A stretch of DNA of 64,000 bases, taken from assembly GCA_963698065.1 (NCBI GenBank), contig OY969117.1, positions 3,574,329 through 3,638,328 on the forward strand. The letters are read 5' to 3'. Numbering within the stretch: position 1 is the stretch's first letter; each line of letters opens with the position of its first letter. Source of the stretch: an uncultured Solirubrobacteraceae bacterium (GTDB lineage Bacteria > Actinomycetota > Thermoleophilia > Solirubrobacterales > Solirubrobacteraceae). The translations under genes were made by a program, and so were the position numbers. Under the pieces are notes generated by a model. That model had not been told where the DNA came from. It was given only the letters and a program-made list of their open reading frames with translations, and did no database searches. Of the stretch, positions 1-9,694 are shown piece after piece.

Positions 1-1370
1 TAGACGAGGCTCGCCGCCGCGACCGCGATGAGAGGGTGGACGGGCAGGAGCAGGCCGATCGCGACCGCGACACCTCCGGCGAGGGCGACTACGAGGATCG
101 TGCTCGGTCGCAGCTGCACGCCGGGGGCGGCACGCCGCAGTAGGACCGCCTGGCTGACCGCGAGGCCCGACTCGCCCACGAGGGCCGCGAGCGCGGCGCC
201 GCGCGCTCCGAGCGAGGGCGCGAGGATCAGCGTGAGCAGCGCGGAGACCGCGAGGGCGAGGAGGTTGGCGTAGAGCACCTCGCGGTAGCGGCGGCGCATC
301 AGCAGGGGGTATCCGCAGGCGACCGCGGCGAAGCTCCCGATCAGTGCGGGGCCCTGGATGCGCAGGACGACTATGGAGGGATCGTGGCCTGCGATCACAT
401 GGATCGCGAAGCCCGCGCCCACCTCCACGCAGAGCACCAGCCAGGTGCCCGCGAGCAGCGCCAGCTCGAAGATCCGTCCGCTGGCGAAGTCGAAGCGGGG
501 CGAATCCTCGCGCTCGGCGCGGGCGAGGATCGGGAAGGCCGCGCCGATGACCAGTCCCGGGATCGCGACGAGCACTTCGGAGATGCGAAAGGAGGTTGCG
601 AAATATCCGGTTTGTCTCGCGCTCGAGATCACCGACATCAGCACGAGGGCGACACGGAAGTAGACGATGTTGACGGCGGCGATCACCGCCCAGGGAATCG
701 ACTCGCGTAGCAGCCGCCACCAGCGGGAGGGGTGGAAGGAGGGGCGCAGGGAGGTGTAGCGCAGGACCAGGGGGATCGTGAAGAGCAGGGAGACGATCGA
801 GGAGGGGATGGCCACCGCGAGGAGCGGCAGGAGCCCCGCGCCGGCGAGCGCGAGGGCGACGAGCAGCGCGACGTTCACGACCTGGCGCAGGACTTCCACC
901 GCCGAGACCCAGCCGAAGCGCAGTTGCGCCTGCAGGCCGGTGGCGAGGGTGCTCTGCAGCAGCTGGAAGACCAGCCCGATCCCCGCAAGGGCGGTGCCGG
1001 CGACCATCGCGGCGGGATAGCCGACGGCGGCCGCGAAGGCAACCGCGAGCGCGACCCCCACGAGCGTGACGATCAGGCGCATCCCGATCGCGGAGGCCAT
1101 CATCTCGCGTCTGCGCTCCTCCCCGAGGGTGGCGAATTCACGCAGCACGATGCTGTTGAGCCCGCCCTCTGTAAAGCCGCTCACGATCGTCACGAGCGCG
1201 ATCACCGCGGTGTAGCGCCCGAAGCTTTCGTTGCCGAGATGTTCGATCAGGACCCGCGCGGAGATAAGCGAGAGCAGCAGTCCCACGACATAGGAGGCGG
1301 TGCGCAGGACGCTCCCGCGCAGCGCGGCGCGGCCGGCGGCAGGGGTGTCGAGGAGATCGGGGCTGCTCAC
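1..1370 (-). CDS. Polysaccharide/O-antigen flippase (Wzx, MOP superfamily); C-terminus runs off the window
   Basis: My own minus-strand translation from GTG at 1370 gives VSSPDLLDTPAAGRAALRGSVLRTASYVVGLLLSLISARVLIEHLG... It continues as an unbroken multi-TM hydrophobic frame to position 1. It is absent from the ORF track, probably because no stop lies in the window. GTGA overlap with the upstream reductase stop (1367-1370). Confidence 0.7.
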   Translation of the reverse strand, partial: MSSPDLLDTPAAGRAALRGSVLRTASYVVGLLLSLISARVLIEHLGNESFGRYTAVIALVTIVSGFTEGGLNSIVLREFATLGEERRREMMASAIGMRLIVTLVGVALAVAFAAAVGYPAAMVAGTALAGIGLVFQLLQSTLATGLQAQLRFGWVSAVEVLRQVVNVALLVALALAGAGLLPLLAVAIPSSIVSLLFTIPLVLRYTSLRPSFHPSRWWRLLRESIPWAVIAAVNIVYFRVALVLMSVISSARQTGYFATSFRISEVLVAIPGLVIGAAFPILARAEREDSPRFDFASGRIFELALLAGTWLVLCVEVGAGFAIHVIAGHDPSIVVLRIQGPALIGSFAAVACGYPLLMRRRYREVLYANLLALAVSALLTLILAPSLGARGAALAALVGESGLAVSQAVLLRRAAPGVQLRPSTILVVALAGGVAVAIGLLLPVHPLIAVAAASLV

Positions 1371-2302
1371 GGAGACGGCTCGCGCCAGGAGGCGACGGTG
1401 CGCTCGATCCCCTCCGCCAGCGCGTAGCGTGGTGTGAAGCCCACCTCGCGCTGCAGGCGAGCGACATCGGCCACCAGCTCGCGCGGCTCTCCCTCGCGGG
1501 CGGGCAGCGCGCCCCAGCGCACGAGCTCGGGGCGCCCGCAGGCCTCGGCCGTGAGGGTGATCAGCTCGCGGATCGACGTGGGCCGGCCCGAGCCCACGTT
1601 CACGGCTCCCTGCACGGAGCTGTCGAGGATCGCCGCGAAGGCGCCCGCCACGTCATCCACATACATCAGGTCGCGTACCTGGGTCCCCTCGGGTGCAGCC
1701 GCCGGCTCACCTGCCAGCAGCGCAGTGATGATGCTCGGCAGGAGCCGCGCGGGAGCTTCGCCGGGGCCATAGGGGGTGAAGATGCGCCCCCACGCCAGCT
1801 CGATCCCGGCATTGGCCGCAAAGCGCTCGGCCACACGGCGGGTGGCATCCTTGGCCACGCCGTACAGCGTGGCTGGATTCAGCGGCGCCTCCTCGCTGTA
1901 GCGCTCGCGCGACCACTCGTACTCGGCGCACGTGCCCGCCATCACCGCCCGTCGCCCCCCCGCCTCTGCGAAGCAGCGCAGCAGCCTCAGGCTGGCCTCC
2001 ACCCACACCACATTCTCCGGGGCCTGCCAGTAGCGACCGTGCTCCACATACCAGGCCATGTGCAGCAGCCCCTCCGCACGAACGCGCTGGGCGAGCGCTT
2101 CGGCGGCGGCTGGGTCGGTGAGGTCGGCCCGGTGCCAGGTGAGTTGCTCCGTGGCTCCGGCTTCACGCTCGCTCGGTGCAAGCGCCTCGCCTCGAGGCTC
2201 GCCGCGCCCCACCGCGTGGACCTCGTGACCAGCGTCGAGGAGCGATCGCAGCGCGCGGCTTCCAAGGAAGCCTGCGGCGCCCGTCAAAAGCACCCGACTC
2301 AT
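1367..2302 (-). CDS. NAD-dependent sugar epimerase/reductase (extended SDR), probable NDP-4-keto-6-deoxyhexose reductase
   Basis: MSRVLLTGAAGFLGSRALRSLLDAGHEV Rossmann motif begins at ATG 2302. The 83-aa Arg-rich N-terminal extension in the ORF track is rejected. ATGA overlap with the upstream epimerase stop. Confidence 0.8.
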   Translation of the reverse strand: MSRVLLTGAAGFLGSRALRSLLDAGHEVHAVGRGEPRGEALAPSEREAGATEQLTWHRADLTDPAAAEALAQRVRAEGLLHMAWYVEHGRYWQAPENVVWVEASLRLLRCFAEAGGRRAVMAGTCAEYEWSRERYSEEAPLNPATLYGVAKDATRRVAERFAANAGIELAWGRIFTPYGPGEAPARLLPSIITALLAGEPAAAPEGTQVRDLMYVDDVAGAFAAILDSSVQGAVNVGSGRPTSIRELITLTAEACGRPELVRWGALPAREGEPRELVADVARLQREVGFTPRYALAEGIERTVASWREPSP

Positions 2303-2835
2303 GCCACGAAGTCTGGATAGGACGCGTCGCGCTCGGAGATGATCCGCGGCGCGCGAGTGGCCGGCCAGTCGATGGCGAAGGCGGGGTCGTCGAAGCGCAC
2401 GCCGCGCGACGACTCGGGAACGTAGGGGGCGCCCATCTGGTAGAGCACTTCGCAGTCCTCGCTGAGCGTCTGAAAGCCATGGGCAAGGCCGGCGGGGATG
2501 TACAGCGCGAGCCGGTTCTCCGCGCTCAGCTCCACGCCATGCCAGCCGCAATAGGTGGGGGTGCCCGCACGCAGGTCAACGGCCACGTCGAAGATCGAGC
2601 CGCGCACGCAGCGCACGAGCTTGGACTCGCCGTGGGGTTCGGCCTGGTAGTGCATCCCCCGCAGCGTGTCGCAGTGGGCGTTGAAGGAGGCGTTGCACTG
2701 CACCACCGCTGGATTCAGGCCACGCGAGCGGAACTCCTGCTCGTCGAACGTGCGGGCGAACCAGCCGCGCTCATCCCCCAGCAACTCGAGCTCTATGACC
2801 CAAACCCCGGGCAGCGGCGTCTGGATGAAGCGCAT
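2299..2835 (-). CDS. NDP-4-dehydro-6-deoxyhexose 3,5-epimerase (RmlC/RfbC cupin family)
   Basis: MRFIQTPLPGVWVIELELLGDERGWFARTFD...LRGMHYQ...KLVRCVRGSIFDVAVDLR is a typical RmlC-like sequence. Start ATG 2835 overlaps the upstream stop by 1 nt (TGATG). Confidence 0.85.
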   Translation of the reverse strand: MRFIQTPLPGVWVIELELLGDERGWFARTFDEQEFRSRGLNPAVVQCNASFNAHCDTLRGMHYQAEPHGESKLVRCVRGSIFDVAVDLRAGTPTYCGWHGVELSAENRLALYIPAGLAHGFQTLSEDCEVLYQMGAPYVPESSRGVRFDDPAFAIDWPATRAPRIISERDASYPDFVA

Positions 2836-4067
2836 CACGAGATGAGCGTCAGCTCCGGCGTGCGCGCGGCGAAGCGCCCGCCCCACTCGCGGATGAACCC
2901 GAGCTGAGCCACGATCTCGTCCTTGAGGTTCCACGGCAGGATCAGCACCACGTCCGGACGAAGCTCGCGGATCTCCTCGGGAGAGCAGATCGGGATGTGG
3001 CTGCCGGGCAGGAAATGGCCCTGCTTGTGGGGGTTCAAATCGCAGGTGAAGTCCATGAAGTCACGGCCCACGCCGCAGTAGTTGAGCAGCGTGTTGCCCT
3101 TGGCCGGAGCACCGTAACCGGCAATCGAAAGGCCCTGCTCCTTGAGGTCGATCAGGAACGAGAGGATCTGGCGCTTGTCCCGCTCCACCCGCCGCCCGTA
3201 GCCGAGGTAGGTGTCCAGATCCTCATAGCCGGCCGCCCGCTCGCGCTCGCGCAGCTCCCGCGCAGCGCCCGTTTCGGGCTTGCCGCGATCCTCGGCGTGA
3301 GCGCCGTAGATGCGCAGCGAGCCGCCGTGGGTGGGCAGCTCCTCCACGTCGAACAGGCGCAGGCCGTGCGCTTCGAAGACACGGCTGACGGTGAGGAAGG
3401 AGAAGTAGGAGAAGTGCTCGTGGTAGATGGTGTCCCACTGGTTCTCATCCACCAGGCGCATCAGGTGGGGGAACTCCATCGTGATCACACCGTCGTCCGC
3501 CAGCAGGATCTTCATGCCGGCAACGAAGTCGTTGAGGTCGGGCACGTGAGCGAGCACGTTGTTGCCCAGCAGCAGATCGGCCGAGGACTCGCCCGCCAGC
3601 GAGCTCGCCGTCTCTGTGCCGAAGAACTCCACCAGCGTGGGAATGCCCTTCTGCAGCGCCACCTTGGCCACGTTGGCCGCCGGCTCGATGCCCAGCACGG
3701 GGATCTGGCGCTCGTGGAAGAACTGCAGCAGATAGCCGTCATTGGAGGCGATCTCCACCACATGGCTGTCCTCGCCCAGGCCGAGGCGGTCGATCATCTG
3801 CTCGGAGTAGCGGCGCGAATGCTCGATCCAGCTGGAGGAGTAGGAAGAGAAGTAGGCATAGTCGGAGAAGATCGCCTCGGGAGTCTCGAACTCCTCGAGC
3901 TGGACCAGGAAGCACTCGCCGCACACGAGCGCACGCAGCGGGTAGAAGGGCTCCATGCCGTTGGCGCGCTCAGGCGGCAGATAGGAGTTGGCCAGGGGCG
4001 ACATGCCGAGGTCGGCGAAGACGGCCTCGACAGCTGCACCGCAGAATCGGCAGGTGGTCTGGGTCAT
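2835..4067 (-). CDS. NDP-hexose C-methyltransferase (TylC3-like: N-terminal Zn ribbon, SAM MTase core, C-terminal C-methyltransferase domain)
   Basis: [30 protein letters not shown]...VVEIASNDGYLLQFF. Start ATG 4067 has an ATGA overlap with the rfbG stop. The upstream 110 aa of the ORF track are Arg-rich junk. Confidence 0.8.
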   Translation of the reverse strand: MTQTTCRFCGAAVEAVFADLGMSPLANSYLPPERANGMEPFYPLRALVCGECFLVQLEEFETPEAIFSDYAYFSSYSSSWIEHSRRYSEQMIDRLGLGEDSHVVEIASNDGYLLQFFHERQIPVLGIEPAANVAKVALQKGIPTLVEFFGTETASSLAGESSADLLLGNNVLAHVPDLNDFVAGMKILLADDGVITMEFPHLMRLVDENQWDTIYHEHFSYFSFLTVSRVFEAHGLRLFDVEELPTHGGSLRIYGAHAEDRGKPETGAARELRERERAAGYEDLDTYLGYGRRVERDKRQILSFLIDLKEQGLSIAGYGAPAKGNTLLNYCGVGRDFMDFTCDLNPHKQGHFLPGSHIPICSPEEIRELRPDVVLILPWNLKDEIVAQLGFIREWGGRFAARTPELTLIS

Positions 4068-5164
4068 GGCGAGGGAGCAGCGTATTGAAAGGACTCGATC
4101 TGCCCGCGGGTCACCGCCCCCACGTCCTCGCCGGCCTGCAGCGCGCGATACCAATCCACGATGCTCGTCAGGGTTCCGTCGAGGCCCACGAGCGGACGCC
4201 AGCCAAGCCGCGTGCGGGCGCGCGAGGAGTCGAGCTTGAGATAGCGCGCCTCGTGCGGATGCGGTCCGTCGTCGAGTGTCGAGTGCAGATCGCCGGGCCA
4301 CAGCTCGGACAGGCGCTCGACGATCCAGCCCACGGGGCGGGCGTCCTCGTCGGTGGGCCCGAAGTTCCAGCCGCTGGCGTGCTCGGGCGAGTCCCACAGC
4401 GCCTGAGCAAGCACCAGGTAGCCGCTGAGCGGGTTGAGCACGTGCTGCCAGGGACGCAGCGAGTTGGGGTTGCGCACGCGCACCGTCTCCCCCGCCAGAG
4501 CAGCGCGCATGATGTCCGGGACGAGGCGATCCTCGCCCCAGTCGCCACCACCGATCACGTTGCCGGCCCGCGCCGATGCCAGCCGCGGCCCGTCGGGGTC
4601 GGAGAAGAACGAGCGCCTGAAAGCCGACGTGACGAGCTCAGCGGCACCCTTGGAGCTCGAGTAGGGGTCGTGGCCGCCCATCGGCTCGTCCTCGCGGTAG
4701 CCCCACTCCCACTCGCGGTTCTCGTAGCACTTGTCGGAGGTGACGTTCACGACTGCGCGGACGGAGTGGCCGTGCAAGCGCACCGCGTCGAGCACGTTGA
4801 CGGTGCCCATCACGTTCGTTGCGTAAGTCTCCACAGGCTCGGCAAAGGAGCGGCGCACGAGCGACTGGGCGGCCATGTGGATGACCACCTCGGGGTCACT
4901 CCCTGCCAGCGCCGCGGCGAGCGCACCGGGGTCGCGCACGTCGCCCTCGACGCTCGCGCTCATCCCCGACTGCACGTCCGCCAGCTCATACAGCGATGGC
5001 TCAGTGGGGATCGCGTTGGAGAAGCCCGTCACCTGCGCCCCAAGCGTCTGCAGCCACAGCGACAGCCATGCCCCCTTGAAGCCCGTATGGCCGGTCAGAA
5101 GCACGCGTCGGCCGCTCCAGAAGGCGGGATCCACGCTGCCGCTGCCGGGCGCCACGTCGCTCAC
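4064..5164 (-). CDS. rfbG: CDP-glucose 4,6-dehydratase
   Basis: [31 protein letters not shown] signature. I prefer GTG 5164 (GTGA overlap with the rfbF stop). The ORF-track start at 5200 is the alternative. Confidence 0.9.
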   Translation of the reverse strand: MSDVAPGSGSVDPAFWSGRRVLLTGHTGFKGAWLSLWLQTLGAQVTGFSNAIPTEPSLYELADVQSGMSASVEGDVRDPGALAAALAGSDPEVVIHMAAQSLVRRSFAEPVETYATNVMGTVNVLDAVRLHGHSVRAVVNVTSDKCYENREWEWGYREDEPMGGHDPYSSSKGAAELVTSAFRRSFFSDPDGPRLASARAGNVIGGGDWGEDRLVPDIMRAALAGETVRVRNPNSLRPWQHVLNPLSGYLVLAQALWDSPEHASGWNFGPTDEDARPVGWIVERLSELWPGDLHSTLDDGPHPHEARYLKLDSSRARTRLGWRPLVGLDGTLTSIVDWYRALQAGEDVGAVTRGQIESFQYAAPSP

Positions 5165-5931
5165 GACCACGCCCGCCACGGCGCCTGCCCCGAGCGCCAC
5201 AGCTGCTCGAGGTGGTTGCGGTCGCGCAGCGTGTCCATTGCCTGCCAGAAGCCCTCGTGCCGGTAGGAGGCGAGCTGACCCTCGCGGGCGAGGGCACGCA
5301 TCGGCTCCTGCTCCCAGACCGTGGCATCGTCGAGGAGATAGCGGGCGACCCTGGGCGAGAGCACGAAGAAGCCGCCGTTGGTCCAGCCGCCGTCGCCGCG
5401 CGGCTTCTCCTCGAACTCCCGCACACGCTCGCCCTCCACGTCGAGCGCGCCGAACCGGCCCGGGGGCTGCACCGCGGTGACCGTCGCGTCCGTCCCCTGC
5501 TGGCGGTGAAAAGCGATCACCGCGCTGACGTCCACGTCGGATACGCCGTCGCCGTAGGTGAAGCAGAAGTCCTCATCGCCCAGATATGGCAGCACCCTCC
5601 GCAGGCGCCCTCCCGTCATGGTCTCCTCGCCCGTGTCCACCAGCGTCACCCGCCACGGCTCCGTCTCGGAGCGATGGACCTCCATCGCCCCACTGGCGAG
5701 GTCGAAGCTCACATCGCATGTGTGCAGGTAGTAATTGGCGAAGTACTCCTTGATGAGGTAACCCTTGTAGCCGAGGCAGATCACAAACTCCTCGATACCG
5801 TGGGCGGCGTAGATCTTCATGATGTGCCACAGGATCGGCTTGCCGCCGATCTCCACCATCGGCTTCGGGCGCGCAGCAGTCTCCTCGCTCAAACGCGAGC
5901 CGAAGCCCCCGGCAAGGATCACGGCCTTCAC
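5161..5931 (-). CDS. rfbF: Glucose-1-phosphate cytidylyltransferase
   Basis: [70 protein letters not shown] is near-identical in pattern to enterobacterial RfbF. Confidence 0.95.
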   Translation of the reverse strand: MKAVILAGGFGSRLSEETAARPKPMVEIGGKPILWHIMKIYAAHGIEEFVICLGYKGYLIKEYFANYYLHTCDVSFDLASGAMEVHRSETEPWRVTLVDTGEETMTGGRLRRVLPYLGDEDFCFTYGDGVSDVDVSAVIAFHRQQGTDATVTAVQPPGRFGALDVEGERVREFEEKPRGDGGWTNGGFFVLSPRVARYLLDDATVWEQEPMRALAREGQLASYRHEGFWQAMDTLRDRNHLEQLWRSGQAPWRAWS

Positions 5932-5964
5932 AGCAGCGCAGCGTAGTGGACGGCCCGCGGTGTG

Positions 5965-7761
5965 TCAGCGGACAGGCGAGCTGCCGAGCACCTGTCCGGC
6001 GGACCCGAGCGCCTGCACGGCGAAATACGGATCGGGGCTCTGCACCGTGATCGCCGTCTCGAAGCCGGTCACTGGGGCTGTGGCTATGGGCACCAGCCCC
6101 GTCTGATGAGCCCCGGCGATCACCCGCCAAGAGCTCACTCCGGTGGCGCCGTTCCAGCTTGCGTAGATGGTTGCCTTTCCCCCCTTCGCGCTGACGGCCA
6201 CGCTGGGGCCACTCGCCGGCACCCCGCTCCAGGGAAAGCGGTAGACGCGATAGGTCTGGCCGGGGGCGGGGATGTGCGCGTCGAAGATCATCTGCCCGGT
6301 GGGGCTGAATTCGGTGAAGTAGGGGTCTTCGCCCCAGCCCACGAACGAGTTGCCGCTCGCCAGCACCTGATCGTCGCCCTGGCTGCCCGTCAACAGCGCG
6401 GGGGCGCGCACGTAGCGGGACACCAGCGTGACCTTCTTGTGCGCGAAGTCGATTCGCTCACGGATCACACGGGACTGCGAGTGCGCCTTGGGCACGGCCC
6501 CGTTGTCGAAGATCGTGAGCGTGCCGTCGGGCTGCCAGACCACGTCGTGTTGGTAGGCGGTGCCCGTGCCGGGACCCATCTTGAAGCTCGAGCGCTTGCC
6601 CCCGAGCCGCCACAGCACCGCTCCGGTGGTGTGGGAGATCTCGTAGGCCGTCCAGGTGTTGCGCGAGGAGACGATGAAGTTGCCGTCGCCGGAGGGGTCG
6701 AGGGAGATGGAGTTCACGTGGAAGAAGTCCCACGGCTGGCCGGGGTTGTAGGTGGAGGGGCGCGCATAGGAGTCGGCCAGTTCCACGTGCCCGTAGGCGT
6801 GCCACTCGAACATCACGAGACCGGTCGGGATATCGATCTCCTGCAGCAGGGAGTCCTGCAGGATCCCGTCGTGCGATCCCCCCACGGAGGACAGGTCGGC
6901 GTCGACGAGGGTGTAGGCGGTGATGAAGGCCGAGCCCTGGGGCGTTATCTGCAGTTCGTGCAGGTCGGCCTGGTAGCCGTTGCCGGCCGACACCGTGGCC
7001 GCTCGCTGATAGGCCGTGTTGTAGATCTCGTCGATCCCGAAGCCCACGCCGAGCTCTTCTGGGATGTGCCCCTGCCACCACGTGAGGACGGGCTGGCCCT
7101 GGTAGTGCTGGAGCTGGAAGTCCTCGGCGACTTCGCCGGAGGGCAGCGGCATGTACCACACGAGACCGCCCCTGTTGTTGATGATCATCGGGCCCGAGGA
7201 GCCGAGCCCATGGCTGGGCGTGAGGAAGATGTCGTCGGTGCTCGCCGCGGGCGAGTTGAGGGTGACGGCCACCTTGGGCGGATGCAGCGTGGGCTCGGAG
7301 GCAAAGCTTTCCACGGTGCCAGCTTTGGCCGGCGCAGGAGCGCCGCTGGGCGGCGGCTTGAAAGCAGCGAGACGAGCGATGTAGAAGGTGCTGCTCACGC
7401 GCTGGGTATGGCCCTTCGGGCCGACCACAGCCGTGGCCGTGACACGCTCGCCCTGTGAGAACTGGTGTGTGGGAACGAAGCTCGCCCCGGGAGCTGTGAC
7501 ATAGCCCTCGAGCTTCCCGGTGTGCCTGCCGCTGGTGGAGCCCACGACTGAAACGCCGGCGATCTCGTTGGACGGGACACCAAGGAAGCTGATCTGCGTG
7601 TAGGGCGACGCGTCAGGCGTGCCGTTGAGGGGCGAGACCGCCACCGCCAACGCTCCTGCAGCGGTTGCCGGCGCGTGCGCCACTGCCACCAGCATCGCTG
7701 CCAGGAGCCACGAGCGGCCCACTCTGCCCCGTACGGCCGTTGTGATCGTCTTCGTCCTCAT
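5965..7761 (-). CDS. Secreted arylsulfotransferase-like (ASST family) beta-propeller protein, paralog 1
   Basis: Signal peptide MRTKTITTAVRGRVGRSWLLAAMLVAVAHAPATAAG. ASST-like core: DFFHVNSISLD...SSRNTWTAYEI...VLWRLGGKRSSFKMGPGTGTAYQHDVVWQPDGTLTIFDNG. GGAGGA lies just upstream of ATG 7761; the alternative ATG is 7791. Confidence 0.7.
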   Translation of the reverse strand: MRTKTITTAVRGRVGRSWLLAAMLVAVAHAPATAAGALAVAVSPLNGTPDASPYTQISFLGVPSNEIAGVSVVGSTSGRHTGKLEGYVTAPGASFVPTHQFSQGERVTATAVVGPKGHTQRVSSTFYIARLAAFKPPPSGAPAPAKAGTVESFASEPTLHPPKVAVTLNSPAASTDDIFLTPSHGLGSSGPMIINNRGGLVWYMPLPSGEVAEDFQLQHYQGQPVLTWWQGHIPEELGVGFGIDEIYNTAYQRAATVSAGNGYQADLHELQITPQGSAFITAYTLVDADLSSVGGSHDGILQDSLLQEIDIPTGLVMFEWHAYGHVELADSYARPSTYNPGQPWDFFHVNSISLDPSGDGNFIVSSRNTWTAYEISHTTGAVLWRLGGKRSSFKMGPGTGTAYQHDVVWQPDGTLTIFDNGAVPKAHSQSRVIRERIDFAHKKVTLVSRYVRAPALLTGSQGDDQVLASGNSFVGWGEDPYFTEFSPTGQMIFDAHIPAPGQTYRVYRFPWSGVPASGPSVAVSAKGGKATIYASWNGATGVSSWRVIAGAHQTGLVPIATAPVTGFETAITVQSPDPYFAVQALGSAGQVLGSSPVR

Positions 7762-7929
7762 TCCTCCCTCTCGTCCCTCGTTGACGCCCATCCTCGATAC
7801 CGAGCAGCGCGACCTACCAATACGCCGTCATCTCGCCAACACCCTCTACGGCGCCCGGTAGCGCGAGGGACGCCTCATGCGCGTAAGAATCGACTTCAAA
7901 ACGCCCGACTGCCGACCCAGCTGCGGCCC

Positions 7930-9627
7930 TCACCGCTCGCTGACGGTGACCGTGTTGGACGCACCTTCGGCAAATGGATAGTCGGACTCCGGTTCGGAGC
8001 GCGCACGGAACTGATAGTCGGCCGGGCCCGGGAACTTGAACCGATAGCTGGCGTGGAAGGCGCCCCGAGCGTTGGTGCGCACGACCTGGAACTCGATCCA
8101 GGAACCTCCCGGCGAGCGAGCCTCGAGCACGAGCTGCTTGCCCTCGGCGGGCACGGGGCCGCCGCGTAGATGTCCGTGGAAGAAGATGCTGCTGCCCACG
8201 CTGGCTGTCCGCGGGGCGATCGTCAGGGCGATGCCCGCGCGCACGGCCAGAGCAAGCGTGCGGGTGGCCACGGGCGTCGCGTCTCCGATGTGATCCCTGT
8301 AAGAGAAGCGCAGCGTGGAGGAGGAGAGCCTGCGAGGGAGGCTGACCGTGAAGCGCCCATCTGCGCCTGTGCGCAGGCCGGCCAGGGTCACGGCTCTCGC
8401 GCCGGCCATCGAGGGCGTTGCCTGCAGATCGATCGTTGCGCCCGCGATCGGCAGACCGCCGGGTGCCGTGAGGCGACCTGTGATCACGTGGGCTGCGCCG
8501 AAAGAGCTGGCCAGACGAGTCCTCGTTGTCCTCTTCCAACGCACTTCCAGGGCAGCACCAGCGGAGGCATTGGTGCCATTCGCAGGGCCGGGCGTGCCAG
8601 GCGGCGGCGGGTTGTAGACCGTGATCTCCCGGTCGAGCACGGGCGCCGAGTTGCCCGCCGCATCGGTCACGCTCACCACCAGGTGGTGAGCCCCATTGGC
8701 GATCCCCGTCGTGTCCAGGCCAACATCGGCGCTCACCGATCCAAGGCACGGCTGCAAGTAGAGGAACGCCGGAGTCCCATCGCTTGTCTGCCCCACATCC
8801 CTGCAGCGACCGCCGTTGTCATCGACCACCGTGCGCTGCACCACCTGCCCGTCCACGCTGAACACAGCCTCGTATACGCCCGCCCCAGGATCGCTCGCGC
8901 TGAAGGTCACGTCACTCGTGCCACCCACCGTCGCAGCGCTCGCCAGTTCCCCACCCACGCCGCTCGCGCTCGGCCCGGCCGTCTGTTCGAGCGTTAGGTC
9001 CGCTGCGTAGAGGTAGATGACCGCGGCGTAGTGGTTGGCATCGCCGACGCCTTCGGGACAGGCTTCCCCCGGGTAGCCCCCACACATCGCGCTCATGTAG
9101 AGGTGCCCACGAAGGTGGCTGGCGCTCACGTCGACCCGGTTTTCTGCGGCTGAGGGCTGACCGATCTGCCCCTTTGGGCGTTCGCACCCGTCAAGTGCCA
9201 CACACGATTCGAAGTAAGAGGTTTCAGCTGGTCCAGCAAGCGTGTATTCATAGCCCGCGTTTTGGGCCCATCCACCCTGAGCGTCGCCCGCGCGCCAAAG
9301 CGTCGCGCCCACCAGCGTCTCGTCCGCTGAGGTCCCGAACGTCCACGAGCCGAAGTTGGCACCTACATCCCGCTGGGTCCTGTCGTCCAAGGCTGCAATG
9401 AGCGCGCCGCCCGGCTGCGAGCAGGTATTGAGAGCATGAGACTTCGCTCCCGAACTAGACCCGCTCCACCCATCCGTAGGTGCAGCTTCCCCATTGGGCA
9501 TCCGGCAGGAGTAGACGTGGAGCGTCCCCGCGTACGCACCGGGCACGGCAAGAGCGACGGTCGCGAGTAGGACCACGCCCGCGGCCCACGACCTCACATC
9601 CCATCTCCGTTGAAGCAGCTCAGCCAT
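7930..9627 (-). CDS. Secreted Cys-rich hypothetical protein with Ig-like middle and carboxypeptidase-regulatory-like C-terminal region
   Basis: Start at MAELLQRRWDVRSWAAGVVLLATVALAVPGAYAG (signal peptide). The upstream 101 aa of the ORF track would overlap the P450 gene. Multiple Cys pairs and a PPPPGTPGP linker. The C-terminal beta-rich segment GRLTAPGGLPIAGATIDLQA...GADGRFTVSL resembles CarboxypepD_reg. Confidence 0.6.
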   Translation of the reverse strand: MAELLQRRWDVRSWAAGVVLLATVALAVPGAYAGTLHVYSCRMPNGEAAPTDGWSGSSSGAKSHALNTCSQPGGALIAALDDRTQRDVGANFGSWTFGTSADETLVGATLWRAGDAQGGWAQNAGYEYTLAGPAETSYFESCVALDGCERPKGQIGQPSAAENRVDVSASHLRGHLYMSAMCGGYPGEACPEGVGDANHYAAVIYLYAADLTLEQTAGPSASGVGGELASAATVGGTSDVTFSASDPGAGVYEAVFSVDGQVVQRTVVDDNGGRCRDVGQTSDGTPAFLYLQPCLGSVSADVGLDTTGIANGAHHLVVSVTDAAGNSAPVLDREITVYNPPPPGTPGPANGTNASAGAALEVRWKRTTRTRLASSFGAAHVITGRLTAPGGLPIAGATIDLQATPSMAGARAVTLAGLRTGADGRFTVSLPRRLSSSTLRFSYRDHIGDATPVATRTLALAVRAGIALTIAPRTASVGSSIFFHGHLRGGPVPAEGKQLVLEARSPGGSWIEFQVVRTNARGAFHASYRFKFPGPADYQFRARSEPESDYPFAEGASNTVTVSER

Positions 9628-9694
9628 CAACCCTATGTAGCTCCCTGGCCTCTCGAGACCCCCCTCCCAAAATTGTTCCAGAAAGTGGGGCCTG

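Noticed and set aside
732-1427. 231-aa plus-strand ORF and other short plus ORFs in 28-1427
   Set aside because: Gly/Asp/Arg/Glu-rich shadow frames. The minus strand carries an uninterrupted multi-TM flippase frame that the ORF track omits, probably because it lacks an in-window stop.
5962-7458. 498-aa plus-strand ORF antisense to ASST paralog 1, and the analogous antisense ORFs 14653-15768 and 16291-17832 opposite paralogs 2 and 3
   Set aside because: Gly/Arg/Val/Asp-rich junk translations. The ASST frames have signal peptides and conserved motifs shared by three paralogs.
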